Shown piece after piece: positions 40,001 through 48,641 of a stretch of 64,000 nt of DNA. The DNA comes from an uncultured virus (IMG/VR IMGVR_UViG_3300028832_000142) (lineage: Duplodnaviria > Heunggongvirae > Uroviricota > Caudoviricetes). The notes beneath the pieces were generated by a model that ran no database searches, was not told the DNA's origin, and saw nothing but the letters and a program-made list of their open reading frames with translations. Numbering within the stretch: the stretch's first letter is position 1; every line of letters begins with the position of its first letter. The DNA lies in IMG/VR virus record IMGVR_UViG_3300028832_000142. One strand, written 5' to 3'. The translations under genes were made by a program, and so were the position numbers.

Positions 40001-43000
40001 CCTGGCATGGTAGCGCCTATTAAACCGCCCAAAGTTGCTAATACGGTGAAGACTATAACCATAGCTCCTAATATACTAGCCAACGCTATCAAATCTCCGA
40101 GTTTAAGTTGTCTTGTAGCTTGTGTCATCGTCACTAAAGCCTCGGCAATAATAAGTAAACTCGATGCGGCAATAGGTAATGCTGTAGCTATTGCTAAAAC
40201 ATTAAAACCAGAAGAATTTGATGATATAACGGATAGCGTAGCCATAATTATAACGAGAACACCTAAAGCTCCGAGCATAGTCAATAATGCTTGAGTAAGC
40301 ATATCGCTGTCTACATTTTCAATCGATTTAGCTAACATATCAATCGATTTAGCTATTATTATTAATGCTGTTGAAGCTATAGCTATAGACGCTCCTAAAG
40401 AAAGATAATCTTTCCATTTAGAAACACTTGCATTTTTTGTTATTTTAAGAATAAGTGCCATAAATCCTAATAATGCAACTGTCAAAACACCCATAGTAAC
40501 CAGCATAGTTATCAGAGTTCCAGGATTTGTAATATTATTACTAATTACTGCTAATGCACTTAAAGCAGTGGCAATAATAAGTATTGCTATAGAAGCAGTT
40601 GATATGGACGCCGCTAATATTAAAACATCAATAGCTTTTACAGGATTAGATTGCATGATTTTAACAAAACCAAATATAGCAAGCCAAATAGCTCCAAAAG
40701 AAACCATCATAGCAAGCCATAAATTTGAAACGTATGCAACGTTTGATTCATTTATAATTGACGTAGATATTTTTATAAGTAATATCATAGCCGCTGCTAT
40801 AATTGCAAACGAAGTCGCACCAGCAAGTAATGCGGCGCCTATAGAATATACTTCAGCAGGAAAACCGTCTACATCAATACGTTCGGCCAAATGTAATATT
40901 AAAGCTATTCCAGCTATCATAGCTGCAAATGGAACAGTTAAGGCTAACATTTTTAACCATACGTCGCCGATAGGTATACCGTCTAAAACTTTTATACAAG
41001 CAGTAATAGAACCTGCTATTATTCCAAAAGCAAGTCCTATAGTTGCGAATACCAAACCTGATTTAATTAACGTAGCTCCATAATACAGCACTGACTTCAT
41101 TTTATTAACCAACCATCCGGCAGCGAGTATAACAGCGGTTACACATAATGTAAATATAAACATTATAGTAGTAACTTGAGCCACATCCATATTTTTGGTA
41201 AAATACATTAAAGCTACCATAGATGCTGCCATAACAGCAACTATACCAGCCACACCTAACATTAATCCGGTTATGCCTTTAGCAGTCTGACCAAATCTAT
41301 CATTTTTGCTCTTTTGACAAACAACTACAAAAGCTATAATTGATCCTAAAACTGCAGCAAGAGCTATTCCTATAGGGATTAAGTTGTTTAATCCACCAGG
41401 AGTAAGAGCTAATGCTGATACTGTTTTTATTACAGCAGCAATAGCACTTATAATTGCGGTCGCACCAAGACATATAAGTAATATTTCATCAGCGGTTCTT
41501 TTATAATCAGGTATATTTGTAGTTTTAGCTTGTTTATTAAGTGTTCCCCAAGAATATACAAGAGCTGCAATAGCACCTATTATTCCTATTACACCCAAAG
41601 CTAAAATATCAAAATTCATAATTTCATTATCTTTTAAGAATACCGCCAATAATGTAATTGCAGATATTATTGATAATATACCAACAACCATGGCTAACAC
41701 TGGTCCAACTTTAGTTAAACCAGCTTCAGTAGGTATAGCACTTATGTTTTTAAGAAGTAATGCAATACCACCGAATACGAGGCTTAATATTACCATAGCC
41801 GGAATAGCGCCTTTAAGTGCTTCTGTAGTACCCATAGTTTTAATGAAGAAAGTTAAAGTTAATAATAATCCAGCAAGACCCCAAATTATACTTTTTATTC
41901 CTTTTATACCACCACTAGTTAGACTGATCTTATTATTAGTAAAATCTCCTCCTGTAAGTGGCATCATTACAGAATCTATAAGTCTTTCTAACAGATCTCC
42001 GACTATGATCAACACTATCGTGCCCTTAGCCAAAGCTGCAGGTTCCATAACACCCATAAGAGCAACTATGCCTGCTACAGCAAGAAGTAAAATACTAAAA
42101 GAAAATACAAGTTTAGACAAATCCTGCATTAAACTCTTCGAACTCATAGCAAGTCTATTTGTAATAGCAGCTGATATCATAAACGCAATTAAAGGCGCAA
42201 ATATAAGTGCCATATTGGTTAAACCAGCAGCTATCTTCTCCCAAGGATAAGATGCAAGATCATCTAACAAGCTAACTAACAATTTAAGAGCTAATGCTGC
42301 TCCTACGAATCCCATAAATGAGCCTATTCCAAGTCCTCCAAGGCTTGCTAAGCCCATAGCACCACCAAACGCAACCATTAAACCTATAAAACTTATAAGA
42401 GTTTTTTTACAATTTGTAAGATCTAATTTTTGCATCTGAGCAAATGCCGTAACTACAATCTTCAACGCTAAAGCATAAGCAATAAGAGAAATTGCTCCAA
42501 CTGATATCTCACCAGCAAATTTAGAAAGTAATATGCTTACACCAGCAAGGGAAAGCATTAAACCGGCTATAATTCCAAAAGTAATCACAGCCTGCTCTAA
42601 AGACATTCTTACATCTGCTAATATTTTAACCGCTGATGCAAGAGCAAATATGGCAATCGCAAAACCTGCAATATAAGTCAATACACCAACAGCAGCGCTT
42701 TTACTATCTATAGCCAAATTCTTCTGTAACATAGTTATAGAAATAGCAAAGCCCATTATAGCAGCAACAAATATACCTAATACCTTAACAGCTGTCATTA
42801 AACTCTTCTCATCACGACTAGCGATATCGGATATAGTAGATATAGCTGAAGTGACCGCTCCTATAGCAATTGCAAGGCCTATAAGAACCTGAGTAATGCC
42901 ATTATATGAAGCAAAGGTTTTAACCGCAGATTTAAGTCCTGTAAATGTCGTAGCAATACCTGTAGCTGCTCTTGTGAACTTAGTCGCCTGATCTACAAAA

Positions 43001-45021
43001 CCTATCAAAGCAAAAGTTAAGAATATAATACCTACAGCAAAAGCTATAAGTAACAATTTACCAACACCTATTTCTTTCATGGTGTCAGAAATCTGTTTTC
43101 CAAACTTTTTAAGTGTTTCACCAAGAGCTTCTAGCTTTTTCTTTATGTTTTCAAGATGTTTTCCAGGATCTTCGCCTGTGACAAAAGCTTTAACAACTTC
43201 AAATATTTCTTTAACAACATCCCAAACAGCACTAAGTACGCCACTGGTTCCAGCTATACCTTCTATAACATTAAAGAGTGTCAAGAAACCTTGTTGTATA
43301 ACTCCTATTATAAACATTAAAGTGTTACCAACTGTTTCTAATCCATTCTGTAAATTTTCAAGATTAAGATAACTAAATATAGTTTGTATAATATTAAACA
43401 CTGAAACTAAAGCAAATAATATAACGTTACCGATAGCGTTACCTATTGTTCCAAGTGTTTCAGCAAATTTATTAAGCGTATCAGATTCAGCTAAAGTATT
43501 AACAAGATCAGCAACACCAGATACAAGCTGCGTAATCCAATCAACTGCTATAATAATGGTTGCTGTAATTATTTGTAAAACATTATCTAAAAACTTAGAT
43601 TCTGTAAGTGTTTTTATTAATCTATCGTTAAAAGGTTTAAGAGCATTGCCTAATCTAATGATAGCGCCTAAGAACTTAGTAGCTATCATAAAAAGAGGTT
43701 TTGCTGCGTTTTTCCATATAGATGATACAATGTTAAATGCCAATTTTAACATTGAAATAAACGGTATAAGAATTTGTCTTAATCCTTCAAGTGTTTCTTT
43801 TGACGGAATTAACTGACGTGTGAATAATTCAAAATCAGTTGCAACTTCTGTAAGTTGATCAACCGTTTTTGGCGGAAATAAATCCACAAATGCTTTTCTT
43901 ATCGTATCAGCTATAAGCACTAAAGAAGTAAATATGTTTTCTATACCGTATATTATACCCCCCAACCTAGTAACATTAAGCTCTTTCATATTCTTAGTAG
44001 CTTTTTCTATAATGTTACTGAACACTATTTCAAAAGTTTTACCAAGAGGCTGCATTACTTTATTTACTCTCTGTATTGCAGCTTTTACTTCTTTTAAGAA
44101 AGGCACTACATGTTCAACGAAAGGATCAGTAAAGATCTGACCAATTCTCTTAATCTGAGCCTGAATGTTTGTGGTAACACCTGAAAAAGTATCATCAGCT
44201 TTAGATGCAGCATCACCAAAAGCATCAGAAAGAGCTTTAGAAAACTGTTCAAATGAAATCTGTCCTTTACGAACCATTTCGTTGATTTCTTCTTCTGATT
44301 TACCAAGGCTTTGACCAAGAGTAGCTGATAAGTTTAGACCTGCAGCAGAGAACTGTCTTAGCTGCATGGTCATGAGACGACCATTTGAAGCAACTGTAGT
44401 AAAGATGTTACCAATATCTTCAAATGAACGACCGGTCATTGAAGCAGCACCAGCTATACCTTTAAGATGCTCAAGCATTACTTCAGAAGATGTAACGCCA
44501 GAAGCCATAAGCTGAGAAGTAACAGCTGCAGCTGCATCCATACCATACGCAGTACCTGATACCGCTTCAGAAGCAGCATTAACCATTCGTTCAACTAAAT
44601 CTGCCTGGGCTTTTGTATCATCGGTAATATTTTTCATATTTTTAGCCAATGCAGCCATCTGGAATCTTGCCTGTTCAATCTTAAGAGTTCTGGCCATACC
44701 ACCAGTTTTCATAAGACCAAAAGAAGAATCCCAAACTTTCTTACCAAAATTCATAAGACTCTTGGTAAGTTCTGAGATAGCAGTCATACCTGCTACCTGC
44801 ATTGCTGAAAATTTAACCTGAATGGCTTCAGCACCTTTTGCTAAACCAGATAAATCTACCTTGTTAGCAGCCTTAGCCATAGAGTCGAGACCTTTAGCCC
44901 CATCGAAGTTAAGGGCCATCTTAAGCTTTTCAAGAGTGGTTAGAGACGCCTGACAATTTCGTTCGAAATCCTTATTGTTAAACTCCATTTGGACGACTCT
45001 TTTATCAATTTCGGTGCTCAT
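37081..45021 (-). CDS. Tail tape measure protein
   Basis: 2646 aa; IDKRVVQMEFNN start, tape-measure N domain, long amphipathic repeats, HSPSKVM. Confidence 0.95.
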   Translation of the reverse strand: MSTEIDKRVVQMEFNNKDFERNCQASLTTLEKLKMALNFDGAKGLDSMAKAANKVDLSGLAKGAEAIQVKFSAMQVAGMTAISELTKSLMNFGKKVWDSSFGLMKTGGMARTLKIEQARFQMAALAKNMKNITDDTKAQADLVERMVNAASEAVSGTAYGMDAAAAVTSQLMASGVTSSEVMLEHLKGIAGAASMTGRSFEDIGNIFTTVASNGRLMTMQLRQFSAAGLNLSATLGQSLGKSEEEINEMVRKGQISFEQFSKALSDAFGDAASKADDTFSGVTTNIQAQIKRIGQIFTDPFVEHVVPFLKEVKAAIQRVNKVMQPLGKTFEIVFSNIIEKATKNMKELNVTRLGGIIYGIENIFTSLVLIADTIRKAFVDLFPPKTVDQLTEVATDFELFTRQLIPSKETLEGLRQILIPFISMLKLAFNIVSSIWKNAAKPLFMIATKFLGAIIRLGNALKPFNDRLIKTLTESKFLDNVLQIITATIIIAVDWITQLVSGVADLVNTLAESDTLNKFAETLGTIGNAIGNVILFALVSVFNIIQTIFSYLNLENLQNGLETVGNTLMFIIGVIQQGFLTLFNVIEGIAGTSGVLSAVWDVVKEIFEVVKAFVTGEDPGKHLENIKKKLEALGETLKKFGKQISDTMKEIGVGKLLLIAFAVGIIFLTFALIGFVDQATKFTRAATGIATTFTGLKSAVKTFASYNGITQVLIGLAIAIGAVTSAISTISDIASRDEKSLMTAVKVLGIFVAAIMGFAISITMLQKNLAIDSKSAAVGVLTYIAGFAIAIFALASAVKILADVRMSLEQAVITFGIIAGLMLSLAGVSILLSKFAGEISVGAISLIAYALALKIVVTAFAQMQKLDLTNCKKTLISFIGLMVAFGGAMGLASLGGLGIGSFMGFVGAALALKLLVSLLDDLASYPWEKIAAGLTNMALIFAPLIAFMISAAITNRLAMSSKSLMQDLSKLVFSFSILLLAVAGIVALMGVMEPAALAKGTIVLIIVGDLLERLIDSVMMPLTGGDFTNNKISLTSGGIKGIKSIIWGLAGLLLTLTFFIKTMGTTEALKGAIPAMVILSLVFGGIALLLKNISAIPTEAGLTKVGPVLAMVVGILSIISAITLLAVFLKDNEIMNFDILALGVIGIIGAIAALVYSWGTLNKQAKTTNIPDYKRTADEILLICLGATAIISAIAAVIKTVSALALTPGGLNNLIPIGIALAAVLGSIIAFVVVCQKSKNDRFGQTAKGITGLMLGVAGIVAVMAASMVALMYFTKNMDVAQVTTIMFIFTLCVTAVILAAGWLVNKMKSVLYYGATLIKSGLVFATIGLAFGIIAGSITACIKVLDGIPIGDVWLKMLALTVPFAAMIAGIALILHLAERIDVDGFPAEVYSIGAALLAGATSFAIIAAAMILLIKISTSIINESNVAYVSNLWLAMMVSFGAIWLAIFGFVKIMQSNPVKAIDVLILAASISTASIAILIIATALSALAVISNNITNPGTLITMLVTMGVLTVALLGFMALILKITKNASVSKWKDYLSLGASIAIASTALIIIAKSIDMLAKSIENVDSDMLTQALLTMLGALGVLVIIMATLSVISSNSSGFNVLAIATALPIAASSLLIIAEALVTMTQATRQLKLGDLIALASILGAMVIVFTVLATLGGLIGATMPGFAKGIIKMVTAFAIFEAGIFAFALATDLFVDAIIKINNSKLDAHQIASNATAAIQGVAKAIRDNSSEILTAVSIIIVGIMAILGAQQVKMALQAVAFVTSFLIGLAAAMPIILAAVESMIDQIAEKIDDPAEKEKLTNAGKFIGDLLVHGILGAFEGLAEAIANAITDKINELDLSKMLPNVAIQRKYAAEAAAKEVAANWDAAKNDLKRVAGITRESAGRGSIEQGRRTVEEWAEIINEINTVRKEVSDYNGEFDQEWLQMVENLRIPEEYIQYLSDEYAGDKEKLINAMKITSDDIDQGEFNLDQLYGSGPQSEIQHITNDIEDVNTAIADTGEKAEEAGAKVEETSEKTDDSFNKTITDVVDKAKTGGADIGNNIASGLESVFNKDGLFGSIFGDMDITQYTGDLKSFGVDAGSIIGNALGKEVDDDVKSHIEYWREYVNEVVNPSLYQATAGQRGMRWQDMKDEQGSAFKDADSAAMYKYNKYLEETNDNLDYAQKALKDYGFDMEDATKAVLDGTDAMGGFGDSLDDTEDKLKEFRDNLHDSIASAMHNIFDEVKEQEYIDPEEMLYRMSENIRQVGEWARNISTLAARGMSEGLLNELKNMGPEGAAKVKAFVDMTDEQLQMANRRWAAAEFMPDYGTKEIEQAYRDAGFNASLGFANGIVQDAANTNMKAMGNNALDALMSDECLDESSPSHKTEQMGVWATEGFAIGLTNSQSQMLLRQHTRQLGGLIFNCFKNEIQPQKFQQTAYNMFDGFSNGMANRIPQILSKITAFCAQIINAFQRVLRMHSPSKVMEELGEYTMDGFGIGFEDGAENVEKLSDQAANDILNQMKANIAAVTNGWSEDNVYQPVIRPVFDMESINQGYTDIQSWFANAQGINLNGNISRLTPTTRDDDTSTQQIINAINGINNDDVVREIGALRSDISGLQDAISKMQIVMNTGALVGQLVEPMDKALGAKALYNSRGRY

Positions 45022-45049
45022 TTAGCCCTCCTTTACTTTCATTTTGATG

Positions 45050-45760
45050 TTAATCGTTCAAAGCAAGACTGCCCGTACGCTTTTTAATATCATAAAATAC
45101 GGTTGGCGCAAATAGATCATCTACACCATCTTCAAAATCGGCATCGACATTACCGGAACCGTTGAAATAATACGAAAACGGTTTATCTTTTGCGTTTTTA
45201 ATCATGTCATTAAAATACTTAATATTTTCAGCTATGCCTTCTTCTGACACCCATTTTTGAACTTTAGGATCTCTAGCATATTCATCTCTTCGTCTTTTTA
45301 ATTCATTTATGTATATATCATGTATCTTTTTTTCATGCTCTTTTTTATCTAAAGAAAATTCTTGATAGTCTCTGTATGCCTTTTTAACATCATTAGGATC
45401 AGCGTCTAAATCAACTCTAACTCCATCTTCTTTTTTAGTAAGATAACGACCATCAACATCAGATTTAAAACTTTTATCTGGTGTTAACATATTAGTCGCT
45501 TTTCTATTTTTTGATCTAGATTTAAAATCATTAGCATCTGCCGACATCAAATGATCTTTTTTAAAAGCCTCTATGCCTTTTGCTTTATAATATTCGGAAT
45601 CGCTTTTTAATTTATTATATTTTTTCTTACCAAGTTCTGTCAAAGTACCATCCGGATTCTGATAACGACGAACACCCCACTTCATACCAAGAATACCAAA
45701 ATGAAGAATGTCATCATTTTTAGCGTGGAATGCCGCGCTATACGTTCTAAAATCGTTCAT
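45050..45760 (-). CDS. DUF7211-like (HxGILGMKWGVRR) virion-region protein
   Basis: DFRTYSAAF...ILHFGILGMKWGVRRYQNPDGTLT. Confidence 0.75.
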   Translation of the reverse strand: MNDFRTYSAAFHAKNDDILHFGILGMKWGVRRYQNPDGTLTELGKKKYNKLKSDSEYYKAKGIEAFKKDHLMSADANDFKSRSKNRKATNMLTPDKSFKSDVDGRYLTKKEDGVRVDLDADPNDVKKAYRDYQEFSLDKKEHEKKIHDIYINELKRRRDEYARDPKVQKWVSEEGIAENIKYFNDMIKNAKDKPFSYYFNGSGNVDADFEDGVDDLFAPTVFYDIKKRTGSLALND

Positions 45761-45764
45761 AATC

Positions 45765-46337
45765 TCACCCCTTTGTTCCTAGTTTGGCTCTTCTCTGAGC
45801 ATTTAATGCTGCATTGCGTTTGAGTAAATCGGCTTTACTCATTTTCTTCTTATCACCGTACTGCTCTTCATTTTTAGCAGCGCAGACACGAATTAAAGTT
45901 AATAATCTATTTAAATGCCACTTTTCAAACCCCTGAGGAATCTGAAGGGCAATCATTTGCCAATATATTACTTCGGAAGTCTGAATTTCTTTCTTCTTTT
46001 TCTTCTTTTCTGTTAACTTATCTTCGGCAAACCAAGTAGCAGTCATAGGATCTTCTATGTAAGCTACTATTTGCTTAATTTGTTCTTCGCTCAAACAAGT
46101 ATAGACTATCTCATCCACATTCTGAGGACTTATAGTCATACATCTTATATAGTATAAAACCTTATCTATAGAATCTAAAGCATTCTCAACTAAGAAAGGT
46201 TTTTTAAACTTTGCTTCCCATTTAGAAATGGAGATAAGAGAATGCTCTAAAACTAATGTCGTTTCTTTAACGTTAATGAATCTATTGTTAGCTTCGTCAA
46301 AAAGCTCTCTAGACGGTATTGTTATAGTTAAAGGCAT
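45765..46337 (-). CDS. Tail assembly chaperone-like protein
   Basis: LEHSLISISKWE.K..KPFL and WHLNRLLTLIRVC; position before tape measure. Confidence 0.7.
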   Translation of the reverse strand: MPLTITIPSRELFDEANNRFINVKETTLVLEHSLISISKWEAKFKKPFLVENALDSIDKVLYYIRCMTISPQNVDEIVYTCLSEEQIKQIVAYIEDPMTATWFAEDKLTEKKKKKKEIQTSEVIYWQMIALQIPQGFEKWHLNRLLTLIRVCAAKNEEQYGDKKKMSKADLLKRNAALNAQRRAKLGTKG

Positions 46338-46358
46338 TCTCTTTCTCCCTTCTATGTA

Positions 46359-46817
46359 TTAGCCATTAATCGGCGTAATATTCTCAGTCGTTGCAGGAAC
46401 AACTTCATATCCCATTACATCGTTGATCGATTTTTTGTTCTTTTCAGCAGCCTCTGCTATATCTGCAGGAACAACTGCATTAATGAAATCAGACATCGAT
46501 TTGCTGCTGGAGATCAGTTCCATAAATAATACATCATAAGCCGGATGATTCGTAAATCTCTCACGAATCTCATCAGACTTGTTGAAGTATTCACCATCAG
46601 CAGACTTCTCACCTATAGCTCCGAGAACTATACTCTCAAAAAGCTCTATAATCTTCTCACGATCATCTTCATTGATCATCTGCTTGATGGTCTCTTCGAT
46701 GCCAGCCTTGCTGGTAAGTTCCATCTTAGCCAGTTCAGTCCTGGTAAGATTGAAATAAAAATTCTTTGTCTTCTTGTTACCGTTATAATCGGTATAAGTT
46801 ATAGCTTTTGTTAACAT
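46359..46817 (-). CDS. Tail assembly chaperone
   Basis: ITYTDYNG....FYFNL and GEKSADG..F.KS; follows major tail gene. Confidence 0.75.
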   Translation of the reverse strand: MLTKAITYTDYNGNKKTKNFYFNLTRTELAKMELTSKAGIEETIKQMINEDDREKIIELFESIVLGAIGEKSADGEYFNKSDEIRERFTNHPAYDVLFMELISSSKSMSDFINAVVPADIAEAAEKNKKSINDVMGYEVVPATTENITPING

Positions 46818-46939
46818 TTTCTTTTCCTCCTTCTGAAAAATATAACGGGAAGACTTAAGAGCCCCAGAAGGAGTCAACATAACTCTTAAATCTCCCCGCT
46901 ATAAACATTTGTTATACTACCATTTTGATGAAATGATCA

Positions 46940-47959
46940 TCAGCCGCCAGTACTAGGTCTGAGAGTACTGATTACTTCATCAGGCAGAGGCAGATATGCA
47001 TCAGTACCTGAAGCGGTGGACTTCACATAGTAAGTCTTGCTTGCAGATGCAGTACCTGCAACAATCTCAGTATCAGCGCTAAGAGTGTAAACATAAGCGC
47101 CTTCTTCGCCAGAACGCTCATACCAGCCGCCATCAGCATTGCTGTGAGGATTATCACCCTCAGTTCTGGTGTAGTAAGTCTTCTCAGAAACAACACTCTC
47201 GTCGCTAGTAGTGGTGTATACGTAAGGAGACTCAGTGGTGCCTTCGCCAGATCTCTCATACCAAGCAGGAGTCTGCTCCGAAGGATTAACTGATCCGGGA
47301 TCTGAAACCTCGGTGTATACAGTAGCGATCGGGTTCAGCTTAGCTGTATAGCTAACAACTGCATCAGTACCGTAAAGCTTATTCTCAAGAGCCTTAAGCT
47401 TATCAGAATTAACCTTAGTACTATCAATTGTGATGATGCTGGTAGGCTTGTAATCGCCGGATACTGCAACAGGCACAGACTTGAGTTCCCAAGAGAACTC
47501 AATAGCCTCAGGGCTATCGTTAACAGTGCTGTAACCTCTCTCTGAAGGAGAAGCAGTAAGACCGTATACAAGATGCAGCAGATAACCATGATCATTACCA
47601 TCTACATCGTTACCAAGAATGGTACGAATAGCAAGACCAAATGATCTTCTTGCCTGCTGATAGATCTTTACACCGTCAAGAGGAGCTGCAGAACCATCCA
47701 GAACTGCAAACTCATCAGGATAGGTATAAGCTGTAATTGTAGCACCAAATTCCTCTGCAGATCTCAGAGAAAGGTACTTGATATTATCTGCATAAAGTGC
47801 AGTCTCGTCAGCACCAGAAGGTGACTCGGTCCATCCGGTAACACCATTCCAAGCATAACCCTTAGGATATGCAGTACCAACAGCGGGGTAAACTACGCAA
47901 TGGTCAGTACCTGTTTCATACAGGTGCTTACCGGTCTCGTCCCAACCCAATTTAGCCAT
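46940..47959 (-). CDS. Major tail protein with C-terminal repeat insertion
   Basis: W...G...YETG.DH.V.Y, WNGVT...ESPSGA, YADNIKY, AYTYPDEF. Confidence 0.9.
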   Translation of the reverse strand: MAKLGWDETGKHLYETGTDHCVVYPAVGTAYPKGYAWNGVTGWTESPSGADETALYADNIKYLSLRSAEEFGATITAYTYPDEFAVLDGSAAPLDGVKIYQQARRSFGLAIRTILGNDVDGNDHGYLLHLVYGLTASPSERGYSTVNDSPEAIEFSWELKSVPVAVSGDYKPTSIITIDSTKVNSDKLKALENKLYGTDAVVSYTAKLNPIATVYTEVSDPGSVNPSEQTPAWYERSGEGTTESPYVYTTTSDESVVSEKTYYTRTEGDNPHSNADGGWYERSGEEGAYVYTLSADTEIVAGTASASKTYYVKSTASGTDAYLPLPDEVISTLRPSTGG

Positions 47960-47972
47960 TTCTTTTTCCTCC

Positions 47973-48287
47973 TTAAAAATACATAGTGAAAACATCATGA
48001 TGTAAATTGTCAGCAACATAATGTCGATCATGGGTAACAGTTATAGTATCCATGAGCTTATCTGGCAAGTCATCATCTGCGTCTTCATAAATCAATGTTA
48101 ACTCGTAACGTTTATGTCTAAGATAGGGAATATTGTCTGCGTACATAGCGTCTATATGAGATCTACTATACCGTATACAAGGGTAATGCATCATGACAGA
48201 CGTCGGCGGCTCAAAATAGGTATTATTATTGCCTAAAATATCACGCAAAATTGCATCTAATTCAAGCCTGCGGTCCAGTGCTGCCAT
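47973..48287 (-). CDS. Tail terminator / completion protein
   Basis: YFEPP.S..M.YPCI.Y, ADN.PY and DNLHHDVF; synteny. Confidence 0.75.
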   Translation of the reverse strand: MAALDRRLELDAILRDILGNNNTYFEPPTSVMMHYPCIRYSRSHIDAMYADNIPYLRHKRYELTLIYEDADDDLPDKLMDTITVTHDRHYVADNLHHDVFTMYF

Positions 48288-48600
48288 TGTACTCACCTCC
48301 TATCTGTAAGACTAATTCAGGACGATCGACCGTTACGGATTCGACCTTCCATTTTATACCATTCCATACAACGTATCGAATGTTTTGAAAGTTTTGATAG
48401 GCAAAAGCATCAGCAAGTATACGAATCTCGTTATTAATGCGAATATTATCATTAACTTTGGCATCACTTTGAAGTCTACGAGAAACTTTTATAACATTTC
48501 CCCGATATTTTTTCTCAGTAATAACTTCTTTCCATTTACCAGGGACGACTTCTGTAAGTATTGCATAGCCTACAGAATCATAAAACTTTGTGGTTGTCAT
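48262..48600 (-). CDS. Head closure / head-tail adaptor
   Basis: KF...VGY, PG.W, I.ADAFAY.NF..IRYV.W.G.KWKV; synteny. Confidence 0.75.
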   Translation of the reverse strand: MTTTKFYDSVGYAILTEVVPGKWKEVITEKKYRGNVIKVSRRLQSDAKVNDNIRINNEIRILADAFAYQNFQNIRYVVWNGIKWKVESVTVDRPELVLQIGGEYNGSTGPQA

Positions 48601-48641
48601 GCTTTTACCTACCTTTCACTCTCATTTTGATGAAATGATCA

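Noticed and set aside
37100..44318. Multiple plus-strand and alternate-frame ORFs within the tape measure gene
   Set aside because: Codon-bias shadows of a long hydrophobic gene
45765..46817. Programmed frameshift between tail assembly chaperones
   Set aside because: No clear slippery heptamer at the end of the first ORF, and the second ORF has its own RBS and ATG
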